Shown here in pieces: positions 10,203-19,533 of a stretch of 64,000 nt of DNA. The first letter of the stretch is position 1, and every line of letters starts with the position of its first letter. The translations under genes and the position numbers were made by a program. Origin of the DNA: Deferribacterales bacterium. Its GTDB lineage: Bacteria > Chrysiogenota > Deferribacteres > Deferribacterales > Geovibrionaceae. The notes under the pieces are model-generated. The model saw only the letters and a list, made by a program, of their open reading frames with translations, ran no database searches and had not been told where the DNA came from. The stretch is taken from the NCBI GenBank assembly GCA_050251875.1, contig JBFWMA010000002.1:128001-192000 (forward strand), given 5' to 3'.

Positions 10203-10250
10203 AGAAAATATTTATAATAAATGTAATCCATACACTCAGGAGATAGATAA

Positions 10251-10463
10251 ATGCCCTTATTAGACATTGAAAAAGTAATTCAGAAACCCACACTCAGAAG
10301 CCGTTTTAAACTTGTTCATGTGGCAGGACTCCGCGCCAGAGAGCTCAACACTCCTAAAGAAGAGACTATCCACAGACAGATCGATGAGTACAGCAAGAAC
10401 ACCACAAACGCTCTTGGCGAGATCATCACAGGTAAAATTGACTTTGAGCAGACAGAAGACTAA
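10251..10463 (+). CDS. rpoZ: RNA polymerase omega subunit
   Basis: SRFKLVHVAGLRAREL and ALGEI; gmk-rpoZ-coaBC synteny; AGGAG RBS. Confidence 0.88.
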   Translation: MPLLDIEKVIQKPTLRSRFKLVHVAGLRARELNTPKEETIHRQIDEYSKNTTNALGEIITGKIDFEQTED

Positions 10464-11649
10464 TGTCCTGGTTGGGGTAACAGGCGGCATCGCCTGTTAC
10501 AAAGCCGTTCATTTATGCAGACTTCTTATAAAGGCGGGCTACAGTGTAAAGGTCGTCATGACCCCCGCCGCATGTTCCTTCGTCACGCCACTCACTTTTC
10601 AGTCCATCACCAGAAACAGGGTGTATGTCAATGAGTTCGAGGCAGGAACAGAACCCGAGATAATCGAACATATCGAGCTGGCAGGCTGGGCGGATGAGTT
10701 CATCATCGCTCCCGCCACAGCGAACACCATAGCAAAGATAGCAAACGGCATCGCCGATAACCTGCTGACATCCACCGTTCTTCCATACACCAGACCAATA
10801 TACATCGCTCCCGCCATGAACGTTGATATGTATGCCAACAAGGCTACCCAGAAGAATCTGAATACGGTCGCAGGACTGGGACATATCATTATCGATCCCG
10901 GAACCGGAGAGATGGCATGCAAAGCGGAAGGCAAAGGAAGAATGGCTGAACCGGAAGAGATATTTGACGCTGTTTTTTCCCACAGACCGCTCAGCGGGCT
11001 GAAGGTTGTCGTGACAGCCGGACCGACATCCGAGCCGATAGACCCTGTGCGCTACATAACCAACCGCTCCAGCGGAAAGATGGGTATTGCCCTCGCCCGT
11101 CAGGCGAAGGTGATGGGCGCTGATGTGCGTCTGATAGCTGGACCCGTGACCGCCGACATATCCGGTCTTGACGCTGTGCGTGTGCAGACGGCGGACGAGA
11201 TGCTCACCGCCCTGAAACAGGAGACTCCTTCCGCCGATATCCTGATAATGGCGGCCGCTGTGGCAGACTATAAAGCGGCGGAGTATTCCGACAAAAAGAT
11301 AAAGAAATCCGATGACGACATGGTTATCAGGCTTTCAAAAAATCCGGATATTCTGAAAAGCCTGTCCGGCGGCAAGAGAGAGAATCAGGTATTTGCCGGA
11401 TTTGCGGCTGAGTCGCACGATCTGGCTCAGAACGCCCGAAAAAAACTGATTGAGAAAAAGCTGGATATGATAGTGGCAAACGACATCTCCAGAAAAGATA
11501 TAGGATTCGAGACGGATGATAACGAGGTCACCATATTTTTCAGTGACGGGACATCCGCGGATTCCGGTAAAAAATCAAAAACCGAGATAGCTGAGCTGAT
11601 ACTGGCTCAGGCTCTGGAAATATACAGGAAGAAGAATGGCTCTGTTTGA
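10444..11649 (+). CDS. coaBC: Phosphopantothenoylcysteine decarboxylase/ligase
   Basis: VGVTGGIACYK, APAMN, TAGPT.EPIDPVRY, AAVADY, GFAAE. The start is probably TTG at 10444 or 10438, not 10312. Confidence 0.93.
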   Translation: MSRQKTNVLVGVTGGIACYKAVHLCRLLIKAGYSVKVVMTPAACSFVTPLTFQSITRNRVYVNEFEAGTEPEIIEHIELAGWADEFIIAPATANTIAKIANGIADNLLTSTVLPYTRPIYIAPAMNVDMYANKATQKNLNTVAGLGHIIIDPGTGEMACKAEGKGRMAEPEEIFDAVFSHRPLSGLKVVVTAGPTSEPIDPVRYITNRSSGKMGIALARQAKVMGADVRLIAGPVTADISGLDAVRVQTADEMLTALKQETPSADILIMAAAVADYKAAEYSDKKIKKSDDDMVIRLSKNPDILKSLSGGKRENQVFAGFAAESHDLAQNARKKLIEKKLDMIVANDISRKDIGFETDDNEVTIFFSDGTSADSGKKSKTEIAELILAQALEIYRKKNGSV

Positions 11650-12265
11650 TAAGAACGTGATAAAAGAAGTATACGGCATCGGCGATGTGCTGGCTGACGG
11701 ATGCGAGTCCGGCGGTGATCCTTTCGAGGAGCTCCGAACAGAGGTGATGCAGTGTACCAAATGCCGTCTGCACGAAACCAGAACCAACGTTGTGTTCGGC
11801 GTCGGCGATAATAAAGCCGATCTGATGTTCGTGGGCGAAGGTCCCGGGGCGGAAGAGGACGCTCAGGGGATACCTTTTGTCGGGCGTGCCGGACAGCTTC
11901 TGACTAAGATGATAGAGGCGATGACTCTCTCCCGTGAAAGAGTGTATATCGCCAACATCGTGAAATGCAGACCGCCGGAGAACAGAAACCCGTTCGAAGA
12001 CGAATCCATGACGTGTATCCCGTATCTGTACCGTCAGATAGAATTTATAAAACCGAAGATAATTATATGTCTGGGCAGTGTCGCCGCCCAGAATCTTTTG
12101 AAGACAAATGTGGGAATTACCAAGATCAGAGGCTCTTTTGTGGACCTTAATGGTATAAAAGTCATGCCCACTTTCCACCCTGCCTATCTTCTGCGTAATC
12201 CCAACATGAAAAAGCCTTGCTGGGAAGACCTTCAGAAAGTTATGCGTGAGCTCAATCTCAACTAA
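11636..12265 (+). CDS. Uracil-DNA glycosylase, family 4 (Fe-S)
   Basis: CTKCRL, GEGPG, KCRPP.NR, FHPAYLLR. Confidence 0.93.
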   Translation: MALFDKNVIKEVYGIGDVLADGCESGGDPFEELRTEVMQCTKCRLHETRTNVVFGVGDNKADLMFVGEGPGAEEDAQGIPFVGRAGQLLTKMIEAMTLSRERVYIANIVKCRPPENRNPFEDESMTCIPYLYRQIEFIKPKIIICLGSVAAQNLLKTNVGITKIRGSFVDLNGIKVMPTFHPAYLLRNPNMKKPCWEDLQKVMRELNLN

Positions 12266-12336
12266 TTTTGAATTGACCGAACTATCTTTAAGTGGTTATA
12301 ATTTACGCAGAGATACTTAAACCGGAGGATTTTTCT

Positions 12337-13542
12337 ATGCTCAGAATCGTTAAGCCCGCTGCTCTCGTTGCGGGTATCATTATGCTTTCCGCCTGTGCGG
12401 CCACAGGGCCTAAGGTGGATCCCATGGCTTATCAGCTCGCACCCTCAGACGCTGAAAAAGTTTCTATCCCTGATGTGTGCAGGGCTTCCTACAAAATAGA
12501 GATGCCCAGGCTCGCCGTTGTGGAATTCACCAACAACACAACATACGGTGAAATGTCAGCGACAAACACTAACGTGAACTACAAAGGAACAAGAAAATCT
12601 GTTTCCGCCGGAGCCGCCGGTGTGGTTGCCACTCCCGGAGCTGTCGGCGTGGGATATGTGGGCGCTAACAAAACCACTATGCAGTCACAGACACAGATTG
12701 ACTCATTCCACCGCCAGATTTCTTCAAAACTGGGCGAATATGCTCAATCCGCTGTAGAAACCACCATGACTAAAATGGGCGGATGCAGCATGTATGACCG
12801 TAAAAGGCTCGACAAAATTATGAACGAGCAGAAATTCCAGATGACAATGGGCGACCCCTCAACAGCAGTAAAACTTGGCAAGATGGCAGGCGTGCAATAC
12901 ATCGTGACAGGTACAGTTGATAACATTTCAGTAAAATATGTTCCTAAAATGGATACAAACAACAACGTGGGCGGCGGACTGGGCGCTTTCTTAAGCGTTG
13001 CCACTATGGCTGCCAACACTCAGACAGGATGGATCGTCAACACAGAGATGACTGTGGAGCTCATCGATGTTGAAACAGGTCAGATCCTTCTGAACGAAAA
13101 AGTGAACGGAAGAGAGATAGCCGGCGCCGCCGCTAACTTCAACCCTGAAAACGCTGTTCAGGCTGCTAAAAAAGCTATGGGCGAAGCTGTGGACGATATC
13201 AAACCTAAATTTTCCGAGAAATTCGCTCAGAAAGGCTACATCCAGCAGCTCAGAGGAAACAAAACAGTGGCTCTGATCAACCTCGGTTCAGAGAAAGGAA
13301 TAGAGTCAGGTCAGAAATTCGATATCTATGACTTCATGGAGATCGAAGACCCCATGACAAACGCAAAATCTTGCAACATGTCAAAAATCCCCGTGGAAGC
13401 TGTTATATCAGATCAGATTCAGCCCAATCAGGCATGGATAAAACTGGACGGCAAACCCGAAGCTCTCATGAGAGTAAAAGTGGGAAGCATCATCCAGCGT
13501 CAGAAGCTGGAAGGGCAGAGCATGTTTAAGAAAATGTTCTAA
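12337..13542 (+). CDS. CsgG/HfaB-family lipoprotein with FlgT-C-like tail
   Basis: Lipobox MLSAC; RLAVVEFTN, DRKRLDKIMNEQ, AVKLGKMAGVQYIVTG, LIDVETGQI; C-terminal INLGSEKGI..GQKF. Start after GGAGG. Confidence 0.75.
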   Translation: MLRIVKPAALVAGIIMLSACAATGPKVDPMAYQLAPSDAEKVSIPDVCRASYKIEMPRLAVVEFTNNTTYGEMSATNTNVNYKGTRKSVSAGAAGVVATPGAVGVGYVGANKTTMQSQTQIDSFHRQISSKLGEYAQSAVETTMTKMGGCSMYDRKRLDKIMNEQKFQMTMGDPSTAVKLGKMAGVQYIVTGTVDNISVKYVPKMDTNNNVGGGLGAFLSVATMAANTQTGWIVNTEMTVELIDVETGQILLNEKVNGREIAGAAANFNPENAVQAAKKAMGEAVDDIKPKFSEKFAQKGYIQQLRGNKTVALINLGSEKGIESGQKFDIYDFMEIEDPMTNAKSCNMSKIPVEAVISDQIQPNQAWIKLDGKPEALMRVKVGSIIQRQKLEGQSMFKKMF

Positions 13543-13544
13543 TA

Positions 13545-13570
13545 AAACGGGCGGGGCAACCCGCCCTTTT
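13545..13570 (+). terminator. Intrinsic terminator
   Basis: GGGCGGG-GCAA-CCCGCCC followed by TTTT. Confidence 0.7.
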
Positions 13571-13640
13571 GGTCTTATTACCTTGATAAATGCGGATTTC
13601 AGTTTTAACATTGATATATCTGCGAAATTCGGAGACTGAT

Positions 13641-14750
13641 ATGAAAAAATTATTATTGTCACTGGTCATATCCCTGTTCTTTACGATGATGTCATATGCC
13701 GCCGCTGTCACAGTTTCCGCTGTGGGCGAGGCGGATATCGTAAACGGAGATAAGTCCGCCGCAAAAATTCAGGCTGTTGCCCGCGCTAAATGGGCCGCCA
13801 TCGAGGATGCTTCCGGCGTCCGTGTTAAGGCTGATACCATTGTCCAGAATGCCGTGCTGGTTGACGAAGCTATCAAAAGCGAAATCAGCAGTGTGGTTCA
13901 GAGCTATAAGATCACAGGCGAAGAGGAGGACGGTTCTATCTACCGTGTGATGATAAAAGCCGTGATAATCCCCGAAAAAGCTCAGAAAGCCATGAGCTCT
14001 GTCGCCAGAAATACATCTATCGCCGTTATGATCCCCGTTGTTTTCCCCGACAAACATGTTGAGGAGACCAACATTCTTACAGAAACAGTCATTAACGAGC
14101 TGACATCCAGACAGCTCGAAGTTGTTGACATCGCCTCTGCCAACGCCGCCACATCAGGTGATTTGAACAGAGCCATGAAGACCAACAACTATACCGCTAT
14201 GAGAAATATCGCCGCCAAATACCTTTCAGGAACCATACTGATAGGCAAGGTGGATACAGTCGCCACAGCCAAAGAGGGCTCTGATATCGGATACGGTGTC
14301 GCCATCCCCTTTAACGTGGTTACAGGCAGACTGACATACAGACTGATAATCCAGCAGGGAGCAGGCACAAAGATTCTTGCCAGCGGATATCTCGCCGCCA
14401 AGGGCATGGGCGCCACTCTGGAGGATGCTACCAACCAGATGATGGAGAACATGAACGATGAGGTCTCCACCAATCTGGTGAGCATCGTAATGGAAAACAT
14501 TAAAGGTGTTAACGATAAGGTCATCAGCGTTCAGATGGTGGGCAAGACCAATCTGGAAGACCTGATGGAACTGAAACAGATTCTGAACTACACTGCGTGG
14601 GTTCTGGAAGTGAACGACAACGGAGCCGATACCCTGACAGTGAAATATCCTGAAAAAACACTGTATCTTGCCACCGCTATCAGCAGCAGAGCAAATTATA
14701 AAATAGTGAAGCTCAGCGACTACAAGATTCAGGTTCAGAAATTATATTAA
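13641..14750 (+). CDS. Secreted protein with an FlgT-N/LPP20-like N-terminal domain
   Basis: Signal peptide; V.AVGEA.I..GD..AAK..A...A...AIE.ASGV.V pattern; start after GGAG. Confidence 0.6.
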   Translation: MKKLLLSLVISLFFTMMSYAAAVTVSAVGEADIVNGDKSAAKIQAVARAKWAAIEDASGVRVKADTIVQNAVLVDEAIKSEISSVVQSYKITGEEEDGSIYRVMIKAVIIPEKAQKAMSSVARNTSIAVMIPVVFPDKHVEETNILTETVINELTSRQLEVVDIASANAATSGDLNRAMKTNNYTAMRNIAAKYLSGTILIGKVDTVATAKEGSDIGYGVAIPFNVVTGRLTYRLIIQQGAGTKILASGYLAAKGMGATLEDATNQMMENMNDEVSTNLVSIVMENIKGVNDKVISVQMVGKTNLEDLMELKQILNYTAWVLEVNDNGADTLTVKYPEKTLYLATAISSRANYKIVKLSDYKIQVQKLY

Positions 14751-14764
14751 CGATTTTGTGATAT

Positions 14765-14793
14765 AAGGCGGCTTATTAAGCCGCCTTTTTTTT
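14765..14793 (+). terminator. Intrinsic terminator
   Basis: AAGGCGGCTTA-T-TAAGCCGCCTT running into a T tract. Confidence 0.8.
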
Positions 14794-14863
14794 GTTGAAA
14801 ATATGATTGATAGCCGTAACTTTCTGTGACAGAATTATGTAACATTATTTATAAAGGTTAATT

Positions 14864-16948
14864 ATGTCATTTCTGAAACAAATGCTCAAAAATTACCGGG
14901 TCATCTGCTTCCTGGTTTTCATCATAATAGGATGCCTCGGTCTCTATCATAAACCCCAGTATGTCGAAAAATTTTCTCTCGGTCTGGAAGATCTGAAATT
15001 TCCCTTCCGCTCTGCCGTGGGCATGTCGCCTAAGGCGGACGAGAGACTGGTGATCGTCACCGTGGACGAGCCCAGTGTGAACAGGATAGGGCGCTGGCTG
15101 TGGCCCAGAGAGACCATAGCCAAGCTGTTTTCCAACCTGAACGAGGCGACAGTGGTGGGGCTCGATATCGTTTTTTCTGAAAAATCGGACCCGAAACAGG
15201 ATACAGAGCTGGCAGACGCCATATACAACAACCAGAACATAATCCTCGGCTTCTTCTTCAGAGACGCCGCCACAGAGGAGACCACAGAGCAGGATGTGGA
15301 TATTCTGGAGAACTGCGCTTATCTGAACTATGAGATTCTGAGCGACACCGTTGGCGTTAAAGAGTTTCCATACGCCGAGGTGAACATTCCGGAGATAGGG
15401 GAGGCTGGGCTCACCTGCGCCTCTTTCAGCACAGAGCCGGATGTGGACGGTCTCTACCGCAAATATCCGCTGGCGTACATCCACAAGGGCTACATCTTTC
15501 CGCCTATAGCTGTGCAGATGATGCGTTACGGGCTGAACAAAGACGTGGACATGAAGCTGGATTCCAAAGGAGTGAAATCCTTTAAAATAGATAATGTTAA
15601 GATAAAAGACTCTACATATTTCAGGCTCAATTTTTATGATAACGTGGAGTATGTTTCCGCTTATAAAGTGATTAACGGAGAGATTCCGCCGTCTTTTTTC
15701 AAGGATAAGATGGTTATCGTGGGTGTTACAGAGGTAGGCATATACGATATGCGTCCCACGCCTATAGATTCCATCACCCCCGGGGTTTCTCTGCACTATG
15801 TGGCGCTCAGCAACCTGCTGAATAATCAGTTCCTCACCACATCGAAGGCGTATGATTATTCCGCCGCCGCTCTCATCATGCTGATTATTGTAGCCATCAG
15901 CTATCTGAGAAAACAGCATTACAGACTGATTTCCTATTTCTTCGTTATAGCAGGCGGCGTTTCTGCGTCATACGCTATGTTTGTTTTCGGGAATTTCTGG
16001 CAGCATGAGTTCTATGTTGTCGCTCCCTCCGTGATGCTCATTGCCTCTCTGGAGTCGTTCGCTTTCTTCACCGTGGAGCGCAAGGCGAAGGAGATTAAGA
16101 AGGCGTTCACGTCTTATGTCTCTCCGGAGCTGGTGGAAGAGATTCAGAAAGACCCGGACAGGCTGAAGCTGGGCGGAGAGGAACGCTTTATCTCCATCAT
16201 GTTTTCAGACATCAGGGGCTTTACCACTCTGTCTGAAAAGCTGACCGCGCCGGAGCTGGTCTCCATGCTGAACAAGATACACGACCCTATGACGAAAGTT
16301 GTTCTGCACAACAAGGGGATGCTGGATAAATACATAGGCGATGCCATGATGGCGCTGTTCAACACGCCTCTGGATCTGCCGGATCACGCCGACATGGCTG
16401 TGAAAACCGCTCTGGAGCTGATACGCAAGCTCCATGAGATAAACGCTAAATTCACTGAGACAGGGCTTCCTAACATAGATGTGGGTGTCGGTGTCAACAC
16501 AGGTCCCGCTGTATGCGGAAACATGGGCTCGACAGTAAGGTTCGAATACACCGCCATAGGCGACAGCGTGAACCTCGCTTCCCGTCTGGAAGGGCTGTGT
16601 AAGGCGTATAAAACCAGAATAGTAATAAGTGAACACACAAAAGACCACTGCAAACAGCAGTATCTGATGCGCCAGCTCGACAGCGTTAAGGTAAAAGGAA
16701 AGAAAGAGCCCGTGGCTATCTTTGAGGTGATGGAGGAGACTCCGGAAAACCGCCATGTGGCAGAGAATTATGAAAAAGGTCTGAATCTCTATTTTCAGCG
16801 GAACTTTGAAGAGGCTCTGGCTGTCTTTGAAGAGCTGGAGAAGGGAGGCGATCTCACATCCGGAATTTTCGCCGAGAGGTGCAGAGAATATATCAAAGAC
16901 GCTCCGGACCATGACTGGGACGGAACTTATACAATGAAGACTAAATAA
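14864..16948 (+). CDS. CHASE2-domain class III adenylate/guanylate cyclase
   Basis: GRWLWPR and VGLDIVFSE (CHASE2), three TM helices, MFSDIRGFT, DKYIGDAMMA, YTAIGDSVNLASRLEG. The Lys in DKY suggests ATP specificity. Confidence 0.93.
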   Translation: MSFLKQMLKNYRVICFLVFIIIGCLGLYHKPQYVEKFSLGLEDLKFPFRSAVGMSPKADERLVIVTVDEPSVNRIGRWLWPRETIAKLFSNLNEATVVGLDIVFSEKSDPKQDTELADAIYNNQNIILGFFFRDAATEETTEQDVDILENCAYLNYEILSDTVGVKEFPYAEVNIPEIGEAGLTCASFSTEPDVDGLYRKYPLAYIHKGYIFPPIAVQMMRYGLNKDVDMKLDSKGVKSFKIDNVKIKDSTYFRLNFYDNVEYVSAYKVINGEIPPSFFKDKMVIVGVTEVGIYDMRPTPIDSITPGVSLHYVALSNLLNNQFLTTSKAYDYSAAALIMLIIVAISYLRKQHYRLISYFFVIAGGVSASYAMFVFGNFWQHEFYVVAPSVMLIASLESFAFFTVERKAKEIKKAFTSYVSPELVEEIQKDPDRLKLGGEERFISIMFSDIRGFTTLSEKLTAPELVSMLNKIHDPMTKVVLHNKGMLDKYIGDAMMALFNTPLDLPDHADMAVKTALELIRKLHEINAKFTETGLPNIDVGVGVNTGPAVCGNMGSTVRFEYTAIGDSVNLASRLEGLCKAYKTRIVISEHTKDHCKQQYLMRQLDSVKVKGKKEPVAIFEVMEETPENRHVAENYEKGLNLYFQRNFEEALAVFEELEKGGDLTSGIFAERCREYIKDAPDHDWDGTYTMKTK

Positions 16949-16963
16949 AATTCGGAGATAAAT

Positions 16964-17926
16964 ATGAAAAGAATCGGAGTAATGACCAGCGGGGGGGACT
17001 GCCCCGGTATGAACGCCGCCATCAGAAGCGTGGTGAGGACGGGTATCGCACATAACCTTGAGGTATACGGCATCGAGCAGGGATACAAAGGACTCATCGA
17101 AGGCAAGATAAAGCTGATGGAAAGCAAAGATGTGGCGAACATGATTCAGCGGGGCGGAACATTCTTAAAAAGCGCCAGATGCCCTGAGTTCAAAACAGAA
17201 GCCGGACAGCAGGCCGCCATAGACCAGCTTGAGAAATTCGGCATAGAAGGGCTGGTGATAATAGGCGGTGACGGATCGCTCACAGGCGCCAGAGTGCTTC
17301 ACGAGAAATACGGAATAAAAGTGGTCGGTCTGCCGGGCTCCATAGACAACGACATATTCGGCACCAGCATATCCATAGGCGTGGACACAGCTCTGAACAC
17401 CATATGCCGGGCTGTGGACATGATAAACGAGACAGCCAGCTCCCACGACAGAACATTCATCATAGAGGTCATGGGGCGCAACTGCGGCTATCTCGCCCTG
17501 ATGTCTGCCATCGCCACCGGAGCGGAGGCGGCTATCGTTCCTGAAGTTCCCTACAATATCGAAAGCATCATCAACAAAATAAAAACAAGATACATCGAAG
17601 GAAAATCCAGAAGCATAGTGATAGTGGCGGAGGGCGCCGGAAATGCCTATGACATAGGCAAGGCTTTTCAGCTCATCGGCGGTTTCGACACCAGAATCAC
17701 TGTTCTGGGACATCTCCAGAGGGGCGGGGCTCCGTCCGTGTTCGACAGAACACTGGCGACACGTCTGGGCTCAGGCGCTGTCAGAGGGCTGATGGAAGGC
17801 AGAACAGGCGTGATGGCAGGTCTCGGCGGACGTGAGATAGTCTTCACCGATCTGGATATAGTGCTGACAAACAAGCGTGACCTGGACGAAACCATGATAA
17901 AAATAGCAGAGGAACTGAGCCTGTAA
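16964..17926 (+). CDS. pfkA: ATP-dependent 6-phosphofructokinase
   Basis: TSGGDCPGMNAA, GGDGS, PGSIDND, EVMGR, LGHLQRGG. Confidence 0.97.
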   Translation: MKRIGVMTSGGDCPGMNAAIRSVVRTGIAHNLEVYGIEQGYKGLIEGKIKLMESKDVANMIQRGGTFLKSARCPEFKTEAGQQAAIDQLEKFGIEGLVIIGGDGSLTGARVLHEKYGIKVVGLPGSIDNDIFGTSISIGVDTALNTICRAVDMINETASSHDRTFIIEVMGRNCGYLALMSAIATGAEAAIVPEVPYNIESIINKIKTRYIEGKSRSIVIVAEGAGNAYDIGKAFQLIGGFDTRITVLGHLQRGGAPSVFDRTLATRLGSGAVRGLMEGRTGVMAGLGGREIVFTDLDIVLTNKRDLDETMIKIAEELSL

Positions 17927-18423
17927 TGAGCGTTACCACCAAAGGCGGAGACAAAGGTCAGACATCTCTTTTCAGCGGGGAGCGTGTGTCCAAAGACGAC
18001 ATACGCATAGAGGCGCTGGGCACAGGAGACGAGCTGGTGAGCAATCTGGGCGAGCTGAAATTTATGGTGCCTGCGTATCGTGACATCATTGAGCGTGTGC
18101 AGAAAAATATCTTTACCATCAATTCCCACTGCGCCGACACCGGAGGCGAAAAATTCATTCCGGCAGAAGCGGAGATAGATTTTCTGGAAAATTTTGTCCA
18201 CGAGGGCGAAAAACAGCTCAGCCTGAAAGGATTCATCATTCCATCCGAAAACAGGGAAGCGGCGAAAGCCGATGTATGCCGCACAGTTGCCCGCAGATTT
18301 GAAAGAAGATTGATAAGTTTGTCCGGCTATGCTAATCTGAATCCCGCTGTTTTAAAATATGTTAACAGGCTTTCCGATTTTTTATATATTATGGCGAGGC
18401 TTGTGGGTAAGGAGAATCAATAA
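17926..18423 (+). CDS. ATP:cob(I)alamin adenosyltransferase, PduO type
   Basis: TKGGDKGQTSL, GTGDEL, RTVARRFER, YVNRLSDFLY. Confidence 0.9.
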   Translation: MSVTTKGGDKGQTSLFSGERVSKDDIRIEALGTGDELVSNLGELKFMVPAYRDIIERVQKNIFTINSHCADTGGEKFIPAEAEIDFLENFVHEGEKQLSLKGFIIPSENREAAKADVCRTVARRFERRLISLSGYANLNPAVLKYVNRLSDFLYIMARLVGKENQ

Positions 18424-18875
18424 TGACACTGAAAGAACGCATCACCGAAGACATGAAAAAATACATGAAAGAGAAAAATCACATGGCTCTGGACACAGTG
18501 CGCATGCTGAAATCTGAGATAAAATACGTTGAGATAGAAGAAAAAGGGGAGCTGGATGACGCCGGCGTGCAGAAGGTGATAGCCACCGCTGTGAAAAAAC
18601 GCAAAGACGCAGCCCAGCAGTATAAAGACGCAGGACGTGACGACCTCTCTGAAAAAGAGCTGAAAGAGGCTGAGATCCTCATGGCATACATGCCCGAGCA
18701 GATGTCTGTGGAAGAGATCACCGCAGTAGTCAGAGCGGCATGCGAAGGCGTGGATAAAACCGATAAAAGAAACTTCGGCAAGGTTATGCAGGCTGTGATG
18801 TCCAAAGTATCCGGCAAAGCCGAGGGCAAGGTTATCAACCAGATAGTGAAGGACGTTTTTGATGGGAACATTTGA
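18423..18875 (+). CDS. GatB/YqeY domain protein
   Basis: LKERI..DMK..MKEK, KKRKDA..QY..AGR.DL, FGKVM. Confidence 0.92.
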   Translation: MTLKERITEDMKKYMKEKNHMALDTVRMLKSEIKYVEIEEKGELDDAGVQKVIATAVKKRKDAAQQYKDAGRDDLSEKELKEAEILMAYMPEQMSVEEITAVVRAACEGVDKTDKRNFGKVMQAVMSKVSGKAEGKVINQIVKDVFDGNI

Positions 18876-19533
18876 CGCAATACTGCTTATCATAATAGCC
18901 GTATTCGCCTTCAGAGGATATCTGAAGGGGCTGGTTATGGAGCTTTTCGGCTTCATAGCGATTTTTGTCGCTTTTTTCGTGGCATATGAATATTCCGCTT
19001 TCTTCGGGAAGGGTTTTGGTTTTTTCGGATTCACCGACAGAACCAACAGCGTTCTGGGATACGCGGCGGCTTTCATAGTCACATACATCGCTGTTTTTCT
19101 GCTGGGAGTATTCCTCTCCAGAATGTTTAAAGAGATGAAGATGGGCGCCGCTAACAAAGGCGGCGGGGCAGTCTTCGGCGGGTTCAAGGCGGCGGCGATA
19201 TCCGGTGTGATACTCAGCATGCTTCTTTCCACACTGCCCTATGACAGTCAGTTCAGCAAAAGCATCCGTTCCGGCGCCATAGCCGGAAACGTGGCTAAGC
19301 TGGCTCCTTTCGTCTTCGACCTGATGAACAAAATTCCTCAGGTGAAGAAAGATAATCCGTTTGAGAAAACAGCCTTTGAGAAGGTTCAGGACAAGATAGA
19401 TGAAGGAACTGATAAGGTGAAGGACGCTGTGGAGTCTGTGAAAGAAACCGCAGAGAAAGCGGGAAAAGCCGGAGAAGCTGTGAAAGACTCAGCTCCTTTG
19501 AAAGACCTTCAGGACGAGTTCCAGAAAAACTGA
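18862..19533 (+). CDS. CvpA-family membrane protein with charged C-terminal tail
   Basis: FDAILL..AFRGYLKGLV.E, NKGGGAVFG; cvpA-mutS2 synteny. Confidence 0.85.
   Translation: MGTFDAILLIIIAVFAFRGYLKGLVMELFGFIAIFVAFFVAYEYSAFFGKGFGFFGFTDRTNSVLGYAAAFIVTYIAVFLLGVFLSRMFKEMKMGAANKGGGAVFGGFKAAAISGVILSMLLSTLPYDSQFSKSIRSGAIAGNVAKLAPFVFDLMNKIPQVKKDNPFEKTAFEKVQDKIDEGTDKVKDAVESVKETAEKAGKAGEAVKDSAPLKDLQDEFQKN

Noticed and set aside
10312..10443. N-terminal extension of CoaBC overlapping rpoZ
   Set aside because: Homology starts at TNVLVGVTGG, and in-frame TTG codons at 10438 and 10444 give a normal-length protein.
14867..17053. Long antisense ORFs (350 and 282 aa) opposite the cyclase, and similar ones opposite yqeY/cvpA, trpB and apbE
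   Set aside because: No recognisable motifs, and they overlap well-supported genes almost completely. This is typical of codon-bias shadows.
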